Shown: in pieces, positions 13,762 to 21,767 of the stretch
Position numbering within the stretch: position 1 is the first letter of the stretch
Layout: each line of letters begins with the position of its first letter
IMG/VR virus record: IMGVR_UViG_3300025141_015510
Coordinates: 1 to 32,000 of that record
DNA length: 32,000 nucleotides
DNA from: a virus
Direction: 5' to 3' (one strand)
Translations under genes and position numbers: made by a program
Notes under the pieces: generated by a model
The model's input: only the letters and a program-made list of their open reading frames with translations
The model's database searches: none
What the model was told of the DNA's origin: nothing

Positions 13762-14778
13762 ATGAATCCAACATATACTTATAAAGATATATCTCTTGTG
13801 CCAAGAAAATTATCAACAATACATAGTCGTGACGATGTTGACTTATCACAGGAAATTTCCAATATTAATAAGACTACCAAGTTATCAGTGTCACTTCCTA
13901 TAATTCCATCCCCAATGGAAACAATTGCAACTATAGAAATGGCGACAAAGCTTGATAGTTTTGGCATATGGAATGCTATACATAGATTTCAAAGTAAGGA
14001 AAATAGACTAAATATTGCCCTTTCTTCTTTTACGTTGCCACCACTTGTTTCTATTGGCGTTGGTGAAAAAGAATTTGATATAATTGAACAATTAATACGA
14101 AGAGGTTGCAAGTTTTTTAATATTGATATTGCGAATGGTTTTAATAGTATTATAGAGCCCACTATTGCTTTCATTAGAAATTTGTGCCCAGATTCTTTTA
14201 TTATGGGAGGTAATTTTGCATCTAGGGAAGGATTCAAGTACTTGTCTGATCTTGGCATAGATTGTGCAAGGGCTGGAGTTGGCAATGGTTCAGTATGTAG
14301 CACCAGCCAAAAAACTTCTATTGGCCAAGGAGTTGCTTCAAGTGTTATAGAGGCAGTACAGGAAAGAGAGAAAATACATAGTAAATCTTTGATTTTGGCA
14401 GATGGCGGCATGTCTAATCCTGGCGATATTGGGAAGGCATTGGGATTGGGTGCTGATTTAGTTATGATTGGTTCTATGTTTGCTGGAACTAAAGAAAGTG
14501 GAGGGGAGGTGATAAAATATAATGACCAAAAATTTAAAATATATCGTGGCTCTGCCTCTTATGGAGCGCAAGCAAAAACTGGTCGTACACCTAAATTTGT
14601 AGAAGGTGGTGAAACTTTGGTCAAATATAAGTCCGGTGGTGTTGCACAAATAATTTATGATATAGAAAATGGACTTAAAAGCACATTATCCTACATGGGA
14701 GCAAAAAATTTAAAAGAGTTTCGTGAAAATGCGAAAAACAATTTTGTTGTTTATAATTTAGATAAAAAATTGTTTTAG
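13762..14778 (+). CDS. guaC: GMP reductase (IMPDH/GMPR family, no CBS insert)
   Basis: YKDISLVPRK, PIIPSPMETI, catalytic-Cys loop GVGNGSVCSTS, ILADGGMSNPGDIGKALGLGADLVMIGSMFAG. 338 aa with no CBS pair, which fits GuaC rather than GuaB. Confidence 0.8.
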   Translation: MNPTYTYKDISLVPRKLSTIHSRDDVDLSQEISNINKTTKLSVSLPIIPSPMETIATIEMATKLDSFGIWNAIHRFQSKENRLNIALSSFTLPPLVSIGVGEKEFDIIEQLIRRGCKFFNIDIANGFNSIIEPTIAFIRNLCPDSFIMGGNFASREGFKYLSDLGIDCARAGVGNGSVCSTSQKTSIGQGVASSVIEAVQEREKIHSKSLILADGGMSNPGDIGKALGLGADLVMIGSMFAGTKESGGEVIKYNDQKFKIYRGSASYGAQAKTGRTPKFVEGGETLVKYKSGGVAQIIYDIENGLKSTLSYMGAKNLKEFRENAKNNFVVYNLDKKLF

Positions 14779-14844
14779 TGGGCAATGGGAATATATGTTA
14801 AACACTTCTATCAATAATCTATTATTACAAAAAGAGGAGATAAG

Positions 14845-15876
14845 ATTTTTAAAATAGAATGTTTAATATGTAAAAAGGTTTTTGAGCATAAATTACTAGG
14901 CAAAGAGAAACATGCCCTGCGTCTCCACGTAAAAAAAAAGCACATGGAATATGAAAAATATATTATTAAATTTTTTTATGATGGTGACAGACCCAAGTGT
15001 GCTTGTGGTTGTAAAAAAGAGACCAAATTTTTTAAAGGATTATTTCTTAAATATTTTGAAGATCATAAGAATAAAATAAAAGTTCCAGAAGATATAAAAT
15101 TGAAAATAAGGAATACAAAACTAAGAAATAGTTCTAAGGAATATAAGAAGTTGGGCTTAGATCAAGATGAGCTTAAAAACTTATGGGAGTTATATAAAAA
15201 TACTAATAAGTCAATTAATGAAATATCGCAGTTGGCTGGTGTTGACGGTAGGACGATAAAAAAATATTGGGTTTTACTTAATATTACAAATAAGAAAATG
15301 CTCAACAGGGTTTCTAAAAAACATAAATATAATATCAGCATAAAAAAAAGAAAAACAAACAGAATTAAAAAAATAGATAGAAAATTGTATTTGGAAATTT
15401 TAGATTATGTATATAATAAAAAAAGTGTTGGATATCCAATTACTTTTAGAAAGTGTATGAATGAATTTGATATTAACTTATCTGTTTATATATTTAAAAA
15501 TAATCTGGTTAGTCTATTTGGGAAAAAAGTACTTAATTTATTTAAAAATTCTTGTTCCTCCCAAGAAGAATTGAATTTTTTGTTTATTCTGAAATTTTAT
15601 TTTGGAGATAAGAATGTTTTTGGTTCTTATCCGCTAGAAGGAAGGATTTATGATTTTATGATTTCTGATAAATTACTTATAGAATATGATGGTAACTTCT
15701 GGCATAGTAATATAAATCCATATACAAAAATTGATATTATAAAAAAAAGAGATAGTGATAAAAATCAAATTGCTATTAAAAATGGATTTAAAATATATCG
15801 TTTCGGATCAAAAGATTTGTATAATATAAATACTGTAAAAAAGATTAAGGATATGCTAGAGGAAGGAGGAAAATGA
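14845..15876 (+). CDS. zinc-finger/HTH protein with C-terminal Vsr/DUF559-like PD-(D/E)XK endonuclease domain (homing-endonuclease-like); proposed ATT start
   Basis: C-terminus IYDFMISDKLLIEYDGNFWHS...RDSDKNQIAIKNGFKIYRF (D-F...E.DG.FWH...GF.I.RF). HTH-like INEISQLAGVDGRTIKKYW. The frame is open upstream of the track ATG (14944) and encodes a C2H2-like finger. GAGGAG at 14834-14839 sits 5 nt before ATT 14845. Confidence 0.55.
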   Translation: MFKIECLICKKVFEHKLLGKEKHALRLHVKKKHMEYEKYIIKFFYDGDRPKCACGCKKETKFFKGLFLKYFEDHKNKIKVPEDIKLKIRNTKLRNSSKEYKKLGLDQDELKNLWELYKNTNKSINEISQLAGVDGRTIKKYWVLLNITNKKMLNRVSKKHKYNISIKKRKTNRIKKIDRKLYLEILDYVYNKKSVGYPITFRKCMNEFDINLSVYIFKNNLVSLFGKKVLNLFKNSCSSQEELNFLFILKFYFGDKNVFGSYPLEGRIYDFMISDKLLIEYDGNFWHSNINPYTKIDIIKKRDSDKNQIAIKNGFKIYRFGSKDLYNINTVKKIKDMLEEGGK

Positions 15877-16067
15877 CAAAAACAGACTATAAAGAGATAT
15901 TGTCTAAATTAAATAAAAAGCTAACAAAAAAGCTTGAAGAAATAAAGAAGAAGAGCGAAATGGCTAAAGCCATGATTCGACACACTATGACGTCAGATCC
16001 AAGACAAGACCTAATTAAACATGCTGCGGAAGAGTTTAGGCAGGAAGTTAAAGATAATGACAAGTAA
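15873..16067 (+). CDS. small helical hypothetical protein
   Basis: 64 aa, ATGA overlap with the upstream gene, GGAGGA SD. Confidence 0.4.
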   Translation: MTKTDYKEILSKLNKKLTKKLEEIKKKSEMAKAMIRHTMTSDPRQDLIKHAAEEFRQEVKDNDK

Positions 16068-16092
16068 GCTATGAAAATGAATAAGGAGACAG

Positions 16093-17247
16093 ATGAAAAA
16101 ATTTATTTCATTATTCAGTGGAAGCGGAGGTCTTGATCTTGGTTTTATAAAGAATGGATGGATGCCATTATTATTTACAGACTCATGGAAACCTGCCACT
16201 GATACATTGATTACGAATCATCCAACAATACCTACAATCCATGAAGACATTAAGAATATTCCTGATAGTTTTTTCTCCAATTATAGAAATATAGATATTA
16301 TAATTGGGGGACCGCCATGCCAAAGTTTTTCTAGATTAAATCAGAATCAGCTATTTGAAGATGGCAAGGAAACGGAAGTCAATTTAGACGATCCGCGAAG
16401 AAGCTTATTTATGGAATTTTTGCGCGTAACCAAAATAATTAACCCAAAAGCTATTTTGATTGAAAATGTGGCCGACCTGGCTACAAGAAAATTGGGCGGC
16501 AAAAGCGAAGATAAGGACTCATTAATAAAAGATATTATTATTGATGAATTAGAAAAAGCAGGATATACTGCAATATATTTTGTTGTAAATTCTCAAAATT
16601 ATAATGTTCCACAGAAAAGAAAAAGAATATTTTTCTTAGGGTTTAGAAATGATTTAAATATTAAACCTACAATTCCAGCGTCGGTGGAGTTACAAACTTC
16701 TGTTATTGAGGAATTAAATAAGATAAAGTCAACAGATCCAAATCAAAGAATGAAAAATCATACTAATACTTGGATTGAAAAAGCAAAACTTATTCCCAAA
16801 GGTGGATATTATAATAACTTACCAATTGAATATAAGAAGCTTAAGGAAGTGGACTCTGTTTTTATAAGAGAAGCAACTGTTCAAAAGAATCATTGTATTA
16901 AGATAAATGGGCAATATTATGAAGGAAAATTGCCAGAGACACTTGAAGTTCAATTGTGTATTGGCAGTGGAAATTATAAGTGTTATAAAATTATGCCAAG
17001 AATGGGAACATATTTTCGTAGAATAAGAGAAGATGTTTCTCATACTATTACAAGAAACCCATTAATACATCCAAATGAAGATAGGGAAATGACTGTGAGG
17101 GAAAAAGCCAGCATACAAACTTTTCCTCCTAGTTATGGCTTTTGTGGGACTGTTTCTGATCAACATATTTTAGTAGGTAATGCAGTTCCTGTTAACTTAG
17201 GATTTGAATTTGCCAAACATATCTCGGAGGTATTATCACTTGTTTGA
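16093..17247 (+). CDS. DNA (cytosine-5)-methyltransferase
   Basis: Motif I FSGSGGLDLGF, motif IV GGPPCQSFS, motif VI ENV, motif VIII QKRKRIFFLG, motif X GNAVPV. AAGGAG SD. Confidence 0.9.
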   Translation: MKKFISLFSGSGGLDLGFIKNGWMPLLFTDSWKPATDTLITNHPTIPTIHEDIKNIPDSFFSNYRNIDIIIGGPPCQSFSRLNQNQLFEDGKETEVNLDDPRRSLFMEFLRVTKIINPKAILIENVADLATRKLGGKSEDKDSLIKDIIIDELEKAGYTAIYFVVNSQNYNVPQKRKRIFFLGFRNDLNIKPTIPASVELQTSVIEELNKIKSTDPNQRMKNHTNTWIEKAKLIPKGGYYNNLPIEYKKLKEVDSVFIREATVQKNHCIKINGQYYEGKLPETLEVQLCIGSGNYKCYKIMPRMGTYFRRIREDVSHTITRNPLIHPNEDREMTVREKASIQTFPPSYGFCGTVSDQHILVGNAVPVNLGFEFAKHISEVLSLV

Positions 17248-17887
17248 CTTAAGAGAAGAAATACGAGAATCAAACATATGTATATATAGTAAGTATACAG
17301 ATGAATGTCCTTTTTCAAGAGAAATCCATGAGATAATGAATCTTATTGATAAGGATTTATTAGAAAAATTAAGCCAAGAACCTCCCAGCGATTATAAGGG
17401 TGGAAAGGGCGGCAATACTAATTACGCAGAAGAAATTCTAAAAGAGACTATTGGAACATTAGATAATGTAGTTACAGATCCTAACGGATCACAAAAAAAG
17501 CCAGATGTTCTGATTAATGAAGAGGCACTTGAAATAAAAACAGTTAAAAAAGGTTCTTTTGCCTTCAATGACTCTTTACCTATTGATATATTATATATGT
17601 TATTAGCCAGGTTTAATAAAAAATATATTATTATGAATGGTGATTGTTTAATTGATAGTATGGATAGCGATCAAATAGAGTTGGTGGCGAGCATAGTTAA
17701 AAATGGTAGGAAGGCTGGTAAAAGTAAAGAGAATTCTATTTCATATTTTTATCCAAGAATTAATCTTTTTATTAAGAATGTTATAAAGTATGCTCCATGT
17801 AGCGGTTTTTATGAGTGGGAGTATGGAACAATTTGGATTCCTAAAAAAGTATACGATGGAATTAATAGTTTATATATGGAGAAATGA
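17240..17887 (+). CDS. PD-ExK nuclease, candidate cognate type II restriction endonuclease
   Basis: KKPDVLINEEALEIKTVKKG contains PD...E.K. It overlaps the methyltransferase stop. I prefer the TTG at 17240 (GGAGG 17226-17230) over the track TTG at 17204; the start is uncertain. Confidence 0.45.
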   Translation: MFDLREEIRESNICIYSKYTDECPFSREIHEIMNLIDKDLLEKLSQEPPSDYKGGKGGNTNYAEEILKETIGTLDNVVTDPNGSQKKPDVLINEEALEIKTVKKGSFAFNDSLPIDILYMLLARFNKKYIIMNGDCLIDSMDSDQIELVASIVKNGRKAGKSKENSISYFYPRINLFIKNVIKYAPCSGFYEWEYGTIWIPKKVYDGINSLYMEK

Positions 17888-18357
17888 TGAAGCCAGTTAA
17901 AAGAGTAGGGTCTGATATTTTAAGAGAATTTCAATTAGAAGAAGCTAGAGAATTTCAAAAACATAGTAATAGAGAATTAAGAAGATTTATTGATAATGCC
18001 AAAGATAAGCGGCCAGAAAGAATTAGATTAGAAAAAGAAAATCCCGGCAAAAAATTAATATGTTTTTGGGCAAGTAAAATTAATGATGAAAGTAAATTGC
18101 CTTGGCCGAGGCAAGATATGTTTATGGGCAATAATGAAGAATTAGAAAAAGTTGCTAGTTATCTTGATAATGGTAAAATAATTAACCATTATATGAGATA
18201 TTCATCTTGTAGATTATGTGGAGAAGACTTAGGGGCTTCTGATTGCTCAGATGGAACATATGTTTGGCCTTCCAAATGCTCTCATTATTTAAGAAAGCAT
18301 AGAATTTTTCTGCCAGGAGATTTTATGGATCATGTATTAAATAAAGATTTGGAGTAA
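17884..18357 (+). CDS. hypothetical protein with C-terminal Cys/His cluster
   Basis: ATGA overlap with the upstream gene. CRLCGEDLGASDCSDGTYVWPSKCSHYLRKH. No recognised family. Confidence 0.45.
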   Translation: MMKPVKRVGSDILREFQLEEAREFQKHSNRELRRFIDNAKDKRPERIRLEKENPGKKLICFWASKINDESKLPWPRQDMFMGNNEELEKVASYLDNGKIINHYMRYSSCRLCGEDLGASDCSDGTYVWPSKCSHYLRKHRIFLPGDFMDHVLNKDLE

Positions 18358-18358
18358 T

Positions 18359-20263
18359 ATGGTTAAGAAAAAGAAAGAAAAATCTTACAATAATATAGAA
18401 ATTTTAAAAGGGCCGGAAAGCATTCGTAATAATTTAGGAATGTACGCTGGCTCAAAAGAACATGCGTTAAATCATATGATTTTAGAATGTCTTGATAATT
18501 CTATTGATGAAAATATGGCTGGTCATTGTAATAAAATAATTATACATTTCCTTAAAGATGGTTCCGTATTAGTTCAAGACAATGGTCGTGGGATTCCCGT
18601 TAAACATATGAAGGAAGAGGGTAAGTCATCTCTAGAAGCTGTCTTTACTGAGCATCATTCTGGCGGAAAATTCAACAGCGACAATTATCAATATTCTGGA
18701 GGATTACATGGAATTGGATTATGCTTAGTAAATGCTCTATCATCTTGGTTAAAAGTTGTTATTTATCGTGACGGATATGAGCATTCTTTAAATTTTAAGA
18801 ATGGATATGTGTCTAAAAAAATATCAAAAAAGAAGTTAAAGAAGAATCAAACCGGTACGCTGATTCATTTTATGCCTGACAAATCTTTTTTCAAGGGTTT
18901 TGAAATTTTAGTTGATAAAATACATAATAAGGCAAAAGAAATATCTTATTTATGTAATAATCTTGATATTATAATTGTTAATGATGAAACGGGCAAAAAA
19001 GCATTATATAATGGAAAGAAAAATAATATTGGAGATTATGTAGAACATATAGCTGTAGATTTATTAAAAACTAATTTATTAAGTAAGTCAATAGTCGTTA
19101 AGGGTAAAAAAGATGGAATAGAAATTGATATAGGATTGCAGTGGTCTGATGATTTTACGGAAGATTTCAGATGTTATACAAATAATATTCCAAATCCCGA
19201 TGGGGGGACACATTTAGCAGGATTTAGATCCGGCCTAACAAGAACTTTTACTTGGTTTTTGAAAACTTTTAAAATCAAATCAAAAATTAAACTTACTAGT
19301 GATGATATAAGAGAAGGATTGATTTATGTTATCAATGTTAGGCACCCTCGTCCAAGTTTTTCATCACAAACAAAAGAGAAATTAGTTTCAGAAGATGTTA
19401 GAAGTATTATTGAATCAGTTGTAACGACAAAGTTTAAAGATTATTGTGAAAAAAATGCCGATGAAATTAAGAAGATTATAAAAAAGGCTACTTCTGCCGC
19501 AAAGGCAAGAGATGCTGCCAGAAAAGCAAAAGAATTAGCTCGTAAAAAAGGTGACTTTGGGACAGGCGCTTTAGTCGGCAAGCTAGCAGATTGTCAGGAA
19601 AGAGATCCGAGAAAAAATGAGATTTTTATAGTTGAGGGTGACTCTGCTGGTGGTTCTGCGAAGCAGGGAAGGGATAGAAGAACTCAAGCAATTTTGCCAT
19701 TAAGAGGCAAGGTTCTTAATGTTGAAAAAAATGATTTTAAGAAAATGCTGGAAAATAAGGAATTAGTTACATTGGTAACAGCTCTTGGTGTAGGAATTGG
19801 GCCATCTTTAAAACCTAAGAGTTTGAGATATGGTAAAATAATTATATTTACTGACTCAGATGTTGATGGATCTCATATTAGAACACTTTTACTTACATTC
19901 TTCTATAGACAAATGCCTCAATTAATGTTTAGTGGTAATATTTATATTGCACAACCACCACTTTATAAAATTGTCTATAGAGGAAAAACACTTTATTTAA
20001 AAGATGATAGAGAGAAAGATGATTTTGTTAAAAATAATCTTGGCAAATATAAGATTCAACGATTTAAGGGACTCGGAGAAATGAATCCAGATCAATTGTG
20101 GGAAACTTCAATGGATCCTACAACCAGAAATTTAGCCCAAGTAAAGATAGAAAATATAGCAGAGACAGATAAGATATTTAGTATTCTTATGTCTTCTGAC
20201 ACTGATGCCAGACGAAATTTTATAATAGGACATTCTGATGTCGTTAGTAATCTTGATGTTTAG
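18359..20263 (+). CDS. type IIA topoisomerase subunit B (GyrB/ParE-like; GHKL ATPase + transducer + Toprim + C-terminal tail)
   Basis: ECLDNSIDE, DNGRGIPV, GGLHGIG, QTKEKL, EIFIVEGDSAGGSAKQGRDR, PLRGKVLNVEK, DSDVDGSHI, FKGLGEMNPDQLWETSMDP. 634 aa. Confidence 0.9.
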   Translation: MVKKKKEKSYNNIEILKGPESIRNNLGMYAGSKEHALNHMILECLDNSIDENMAGHCNKIIIHFLKDGSVLVQDNGRGIPVKHMKEEGKSSLEAVFTEHHSGGKFNSDNYQYSGGLHGIGLCLVNALSSWLKVVIYRDGYEHSLNFKNGYVSKKISKKKLKKNQTGTLIHFMPDKSFFKGFEILVDKIHNKAKEISYLCNNLDIIIVNDETGKKALYNGKKNNIGDYVEHIAVDLLKTNLLSKSIVVKGKKDGIEIDIGLQWSDDFTEDFRCYTNNIPNPDGGTHLAGFRSGLTRTFTWFLKTFKIKSKIKLTSDDIREGLIYVINVRHPRPSFSSQTKEKLVSEDVRSIIESVVTTKFKDYCEKNADEIKKIIKKATSAAKARDAARKAKELARKKGDFGTGALVGKLADCQERDPRKNEIFIVEGDSAGGSAKQGRDRRTQAILPLRGKVLNVEKNDFKKMLENKELVTLVTALGVGIGPSLKPKSLRYGKIIIFTDSDVDGSHIRTLLLTFFYRQMPQLMFSGNIYIAQPPLYKIVYRGKTLYLKDDREKDDFVKNNLGKYKIQRFKGLGEMNPDQLWETSMDPTTRNLAQVKIENIAETDKIFSILMSSDTDARRNFIIGHSDVVSNLDV

Positions 20264-20272
20264 GAGATAATT

Positions 20273-21028
20273 ATGGGAAGAGGACCAAGTTGGACAAAGG
20301 AAGAAGATCAAATTCTTAAAGATTGTTGGACAGATGGTGAAACTAGGTCTAGTAGAGAGGAGTTGGCAGAGAAGAATTTGCCAAATAGAACTATAAATGC
20401 TGCGATGCAGAGAATGAGTATTTTATTCGGAAAAAAAATAAAGAAAGTTATTAAAAGAGGTGCTCCACGTAAAGTAAGAATGAAGCGTGGTAAATATTCT
20501 AAAAAAGAACTTGATATTTTATATAATTGTTGGAAAGATGGTATTACTAAATCTGGCACCATTGAGCTTATAAAAATCAAATTACCTAGAAGAATTCCGT
20601 TATCTGCTTATCAACAAATTTATACATTGGTTAAAGAAGATCCGCGATGGAAAAAATTATCAACTCGCAGGAAAAATGTTAAAGCACAAAAGAAAAAAGA
20701 AATGGAAAAGCAGAAGGAAGAAAGGCGCAAAGTTAGAGATGCCAAGAAGAAGGAAATGAAAAAGAAAACCATTTTGTCATCCAAGAAAGATTTTATTGTC
20801 AAGAAGCTTACTTCTAGTCATGTAGATGAAATTCAAAAGATGTTAGACTTAGATTTTTTCTTTTGTCACAAGCAAAAATCATTTACTACAAACATAGCAT
20901 GTGTTTTTAGAAAGTTTTCAAAAACAGATGAGTATGGATTTAAATTTACCGGAGTATGTGACAAATGTAGAAAATTTGATGAATTTGTAGATCCAATATA
21001 TAAAATGCTTAAAGGAGAAAAGAAATGA
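20273..21028 (+). CDS. protein with two Myb/SANT-like repeats, a Lys-rich coiled segment and a Cys-containing C-terminus
   Basis: GPSWTKEEDQILKDCWTDG and RGKYSKKELDILYNCWKDG fit W/Y..EE..L...W. Then KKKEMEKQKEERRKVRDAKKKEMKKK. Confidence 0.4.
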   Translation: MGRGPSWTKEEDQILKDCWTDGETRSSREELAEKNLPNRTINAAMQRMSILFGKKIKKVIKRGAPRKVRMKRGKYSKKELDILYNCWKDGITKSGTIELIKIKLPRRIPLSAYQQIYTLVKEDPRWKKLSTRRKNVKAQKKKEMEKQKEERRKVRDAKKKEMKKKTILSSKKDFIVKKLTSSHVDEIQKMLDLDFFFCHKQKSFTTNIACVFRKFSKTDEYGFKFTGVCDKCRKFDEFVDPIYKMLKGEKK

Positions 21029-21531
21029 GTTCACAATTTGATCCCAATTCAAAATTGGCAAACAAACCGCAAGTTGTTCCAGATGTAACCCCCCCCCAAG
21101 AAATTGAAGTACCTTCAGAGGAAAGTGTTAAAATAGAACAAAAACTTATAACCCTAAGAAATGAAATGCGAGCCAAGATGTATGAGTTTAATCGCCTATT
21201 TAAACAAAAAGTTTTAGTTGATAATAAAACAGAAGCTCATAAGCATGAAGAGAAAGCAATAATGTCAGGATTAACAGAGTTATTTTCCAATATTAATAGT
21301 ATTAGTCCAGATGAAGGAACTATTAGTCTTTTAGTACTTTGTCTAAGACATTTACTATCTCTAAAAGATGCTGGAAATGACACTGCTTATAAAATTTATC
21401 TATTAGAGAAGTCAGTTTTTGGAGAAAGTACTGAAGATAAGCAGAGAAAAAAAGATCTAGAGGCTAAGAAGTTAAAGTTGGATTCTATGCAAGCTAAGTT
21501 GGAAGAAGAATTAAAAGAGCTAGGAGAGTAA
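21025..21531 (+). CDS. hypothetical coiled-coil protein
   Basis: 168 aa, ATGA overlap with the upstream gene. Confidence 0.45.
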   Translation: MSSQFDPNSKLANKPQVVPDVTPPQEIEVPSEESVKIEQKLITLRNEMRAKMYEFNRLFKQKVLVDNKTEAHKHEEKAIMSGLTELFSNINSISPDEGTISLLVLCLRHLLSLKDAGNDTAYKIYLLEKSVFGESTEDKQRKKDLEAKKLKLDSMQAKLEEELKELGE

Positions 21532-21533
21532 AA

Positions 21534-21767
21534 GTGGATTCAATAAATATAATTCTTCAAGAATATGAAAAATATAGAGAATCTATGTTAAAATTTCAGG
21601 AGCAACACAAACTTATATTTAATACGGAGAGTAAAGCTTGTTCTACTATATTAAGCAATGTAAAACATTTTACTGATTGTCTTATATCCAAGATAAATGA
21701 GGAATATGATAAAGAAAGAAGAAATCAACAGACTAATACAGAACTTAGGAGTAAAAGCACAAGTTAA
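21534..21767 (+). CDS. small hypothetical protein
   Basis: GTG start after AGGAGAG. 77 aa. The 3' end overlaps the FtsK-like gene by about 60-70 nt, so either end is uncertain. Confidence 0.35.
   Translation: MDSINIILQEYEKYRESMLKFQEQHKLIFNTESKACSTILSNVKHFTDCLISKINEEYDKERRNQQTNTELRSKSTS

Noticed and set aside
13634-13849. N-terminal 72 codons of track ORF 13277-13849 (minus strand)
   Set aside because: The translation is low-complexity (LLIIFLAQEIYLYKY...) and overlaps the guaC start. The internal ATG at 13633 has a proper SD.
21697-21767. 71-nt overlap between the 77-aa ORF and the FtsK-like gene as a possible +1 frameshift site
   Set aside because: The FtsK-like gene has its own in-frame ATGs (21697, 21706). 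The overlap contains no slippery or GCUU-type sequence. Mis-assignment of the small ORF is the simpler explanation.
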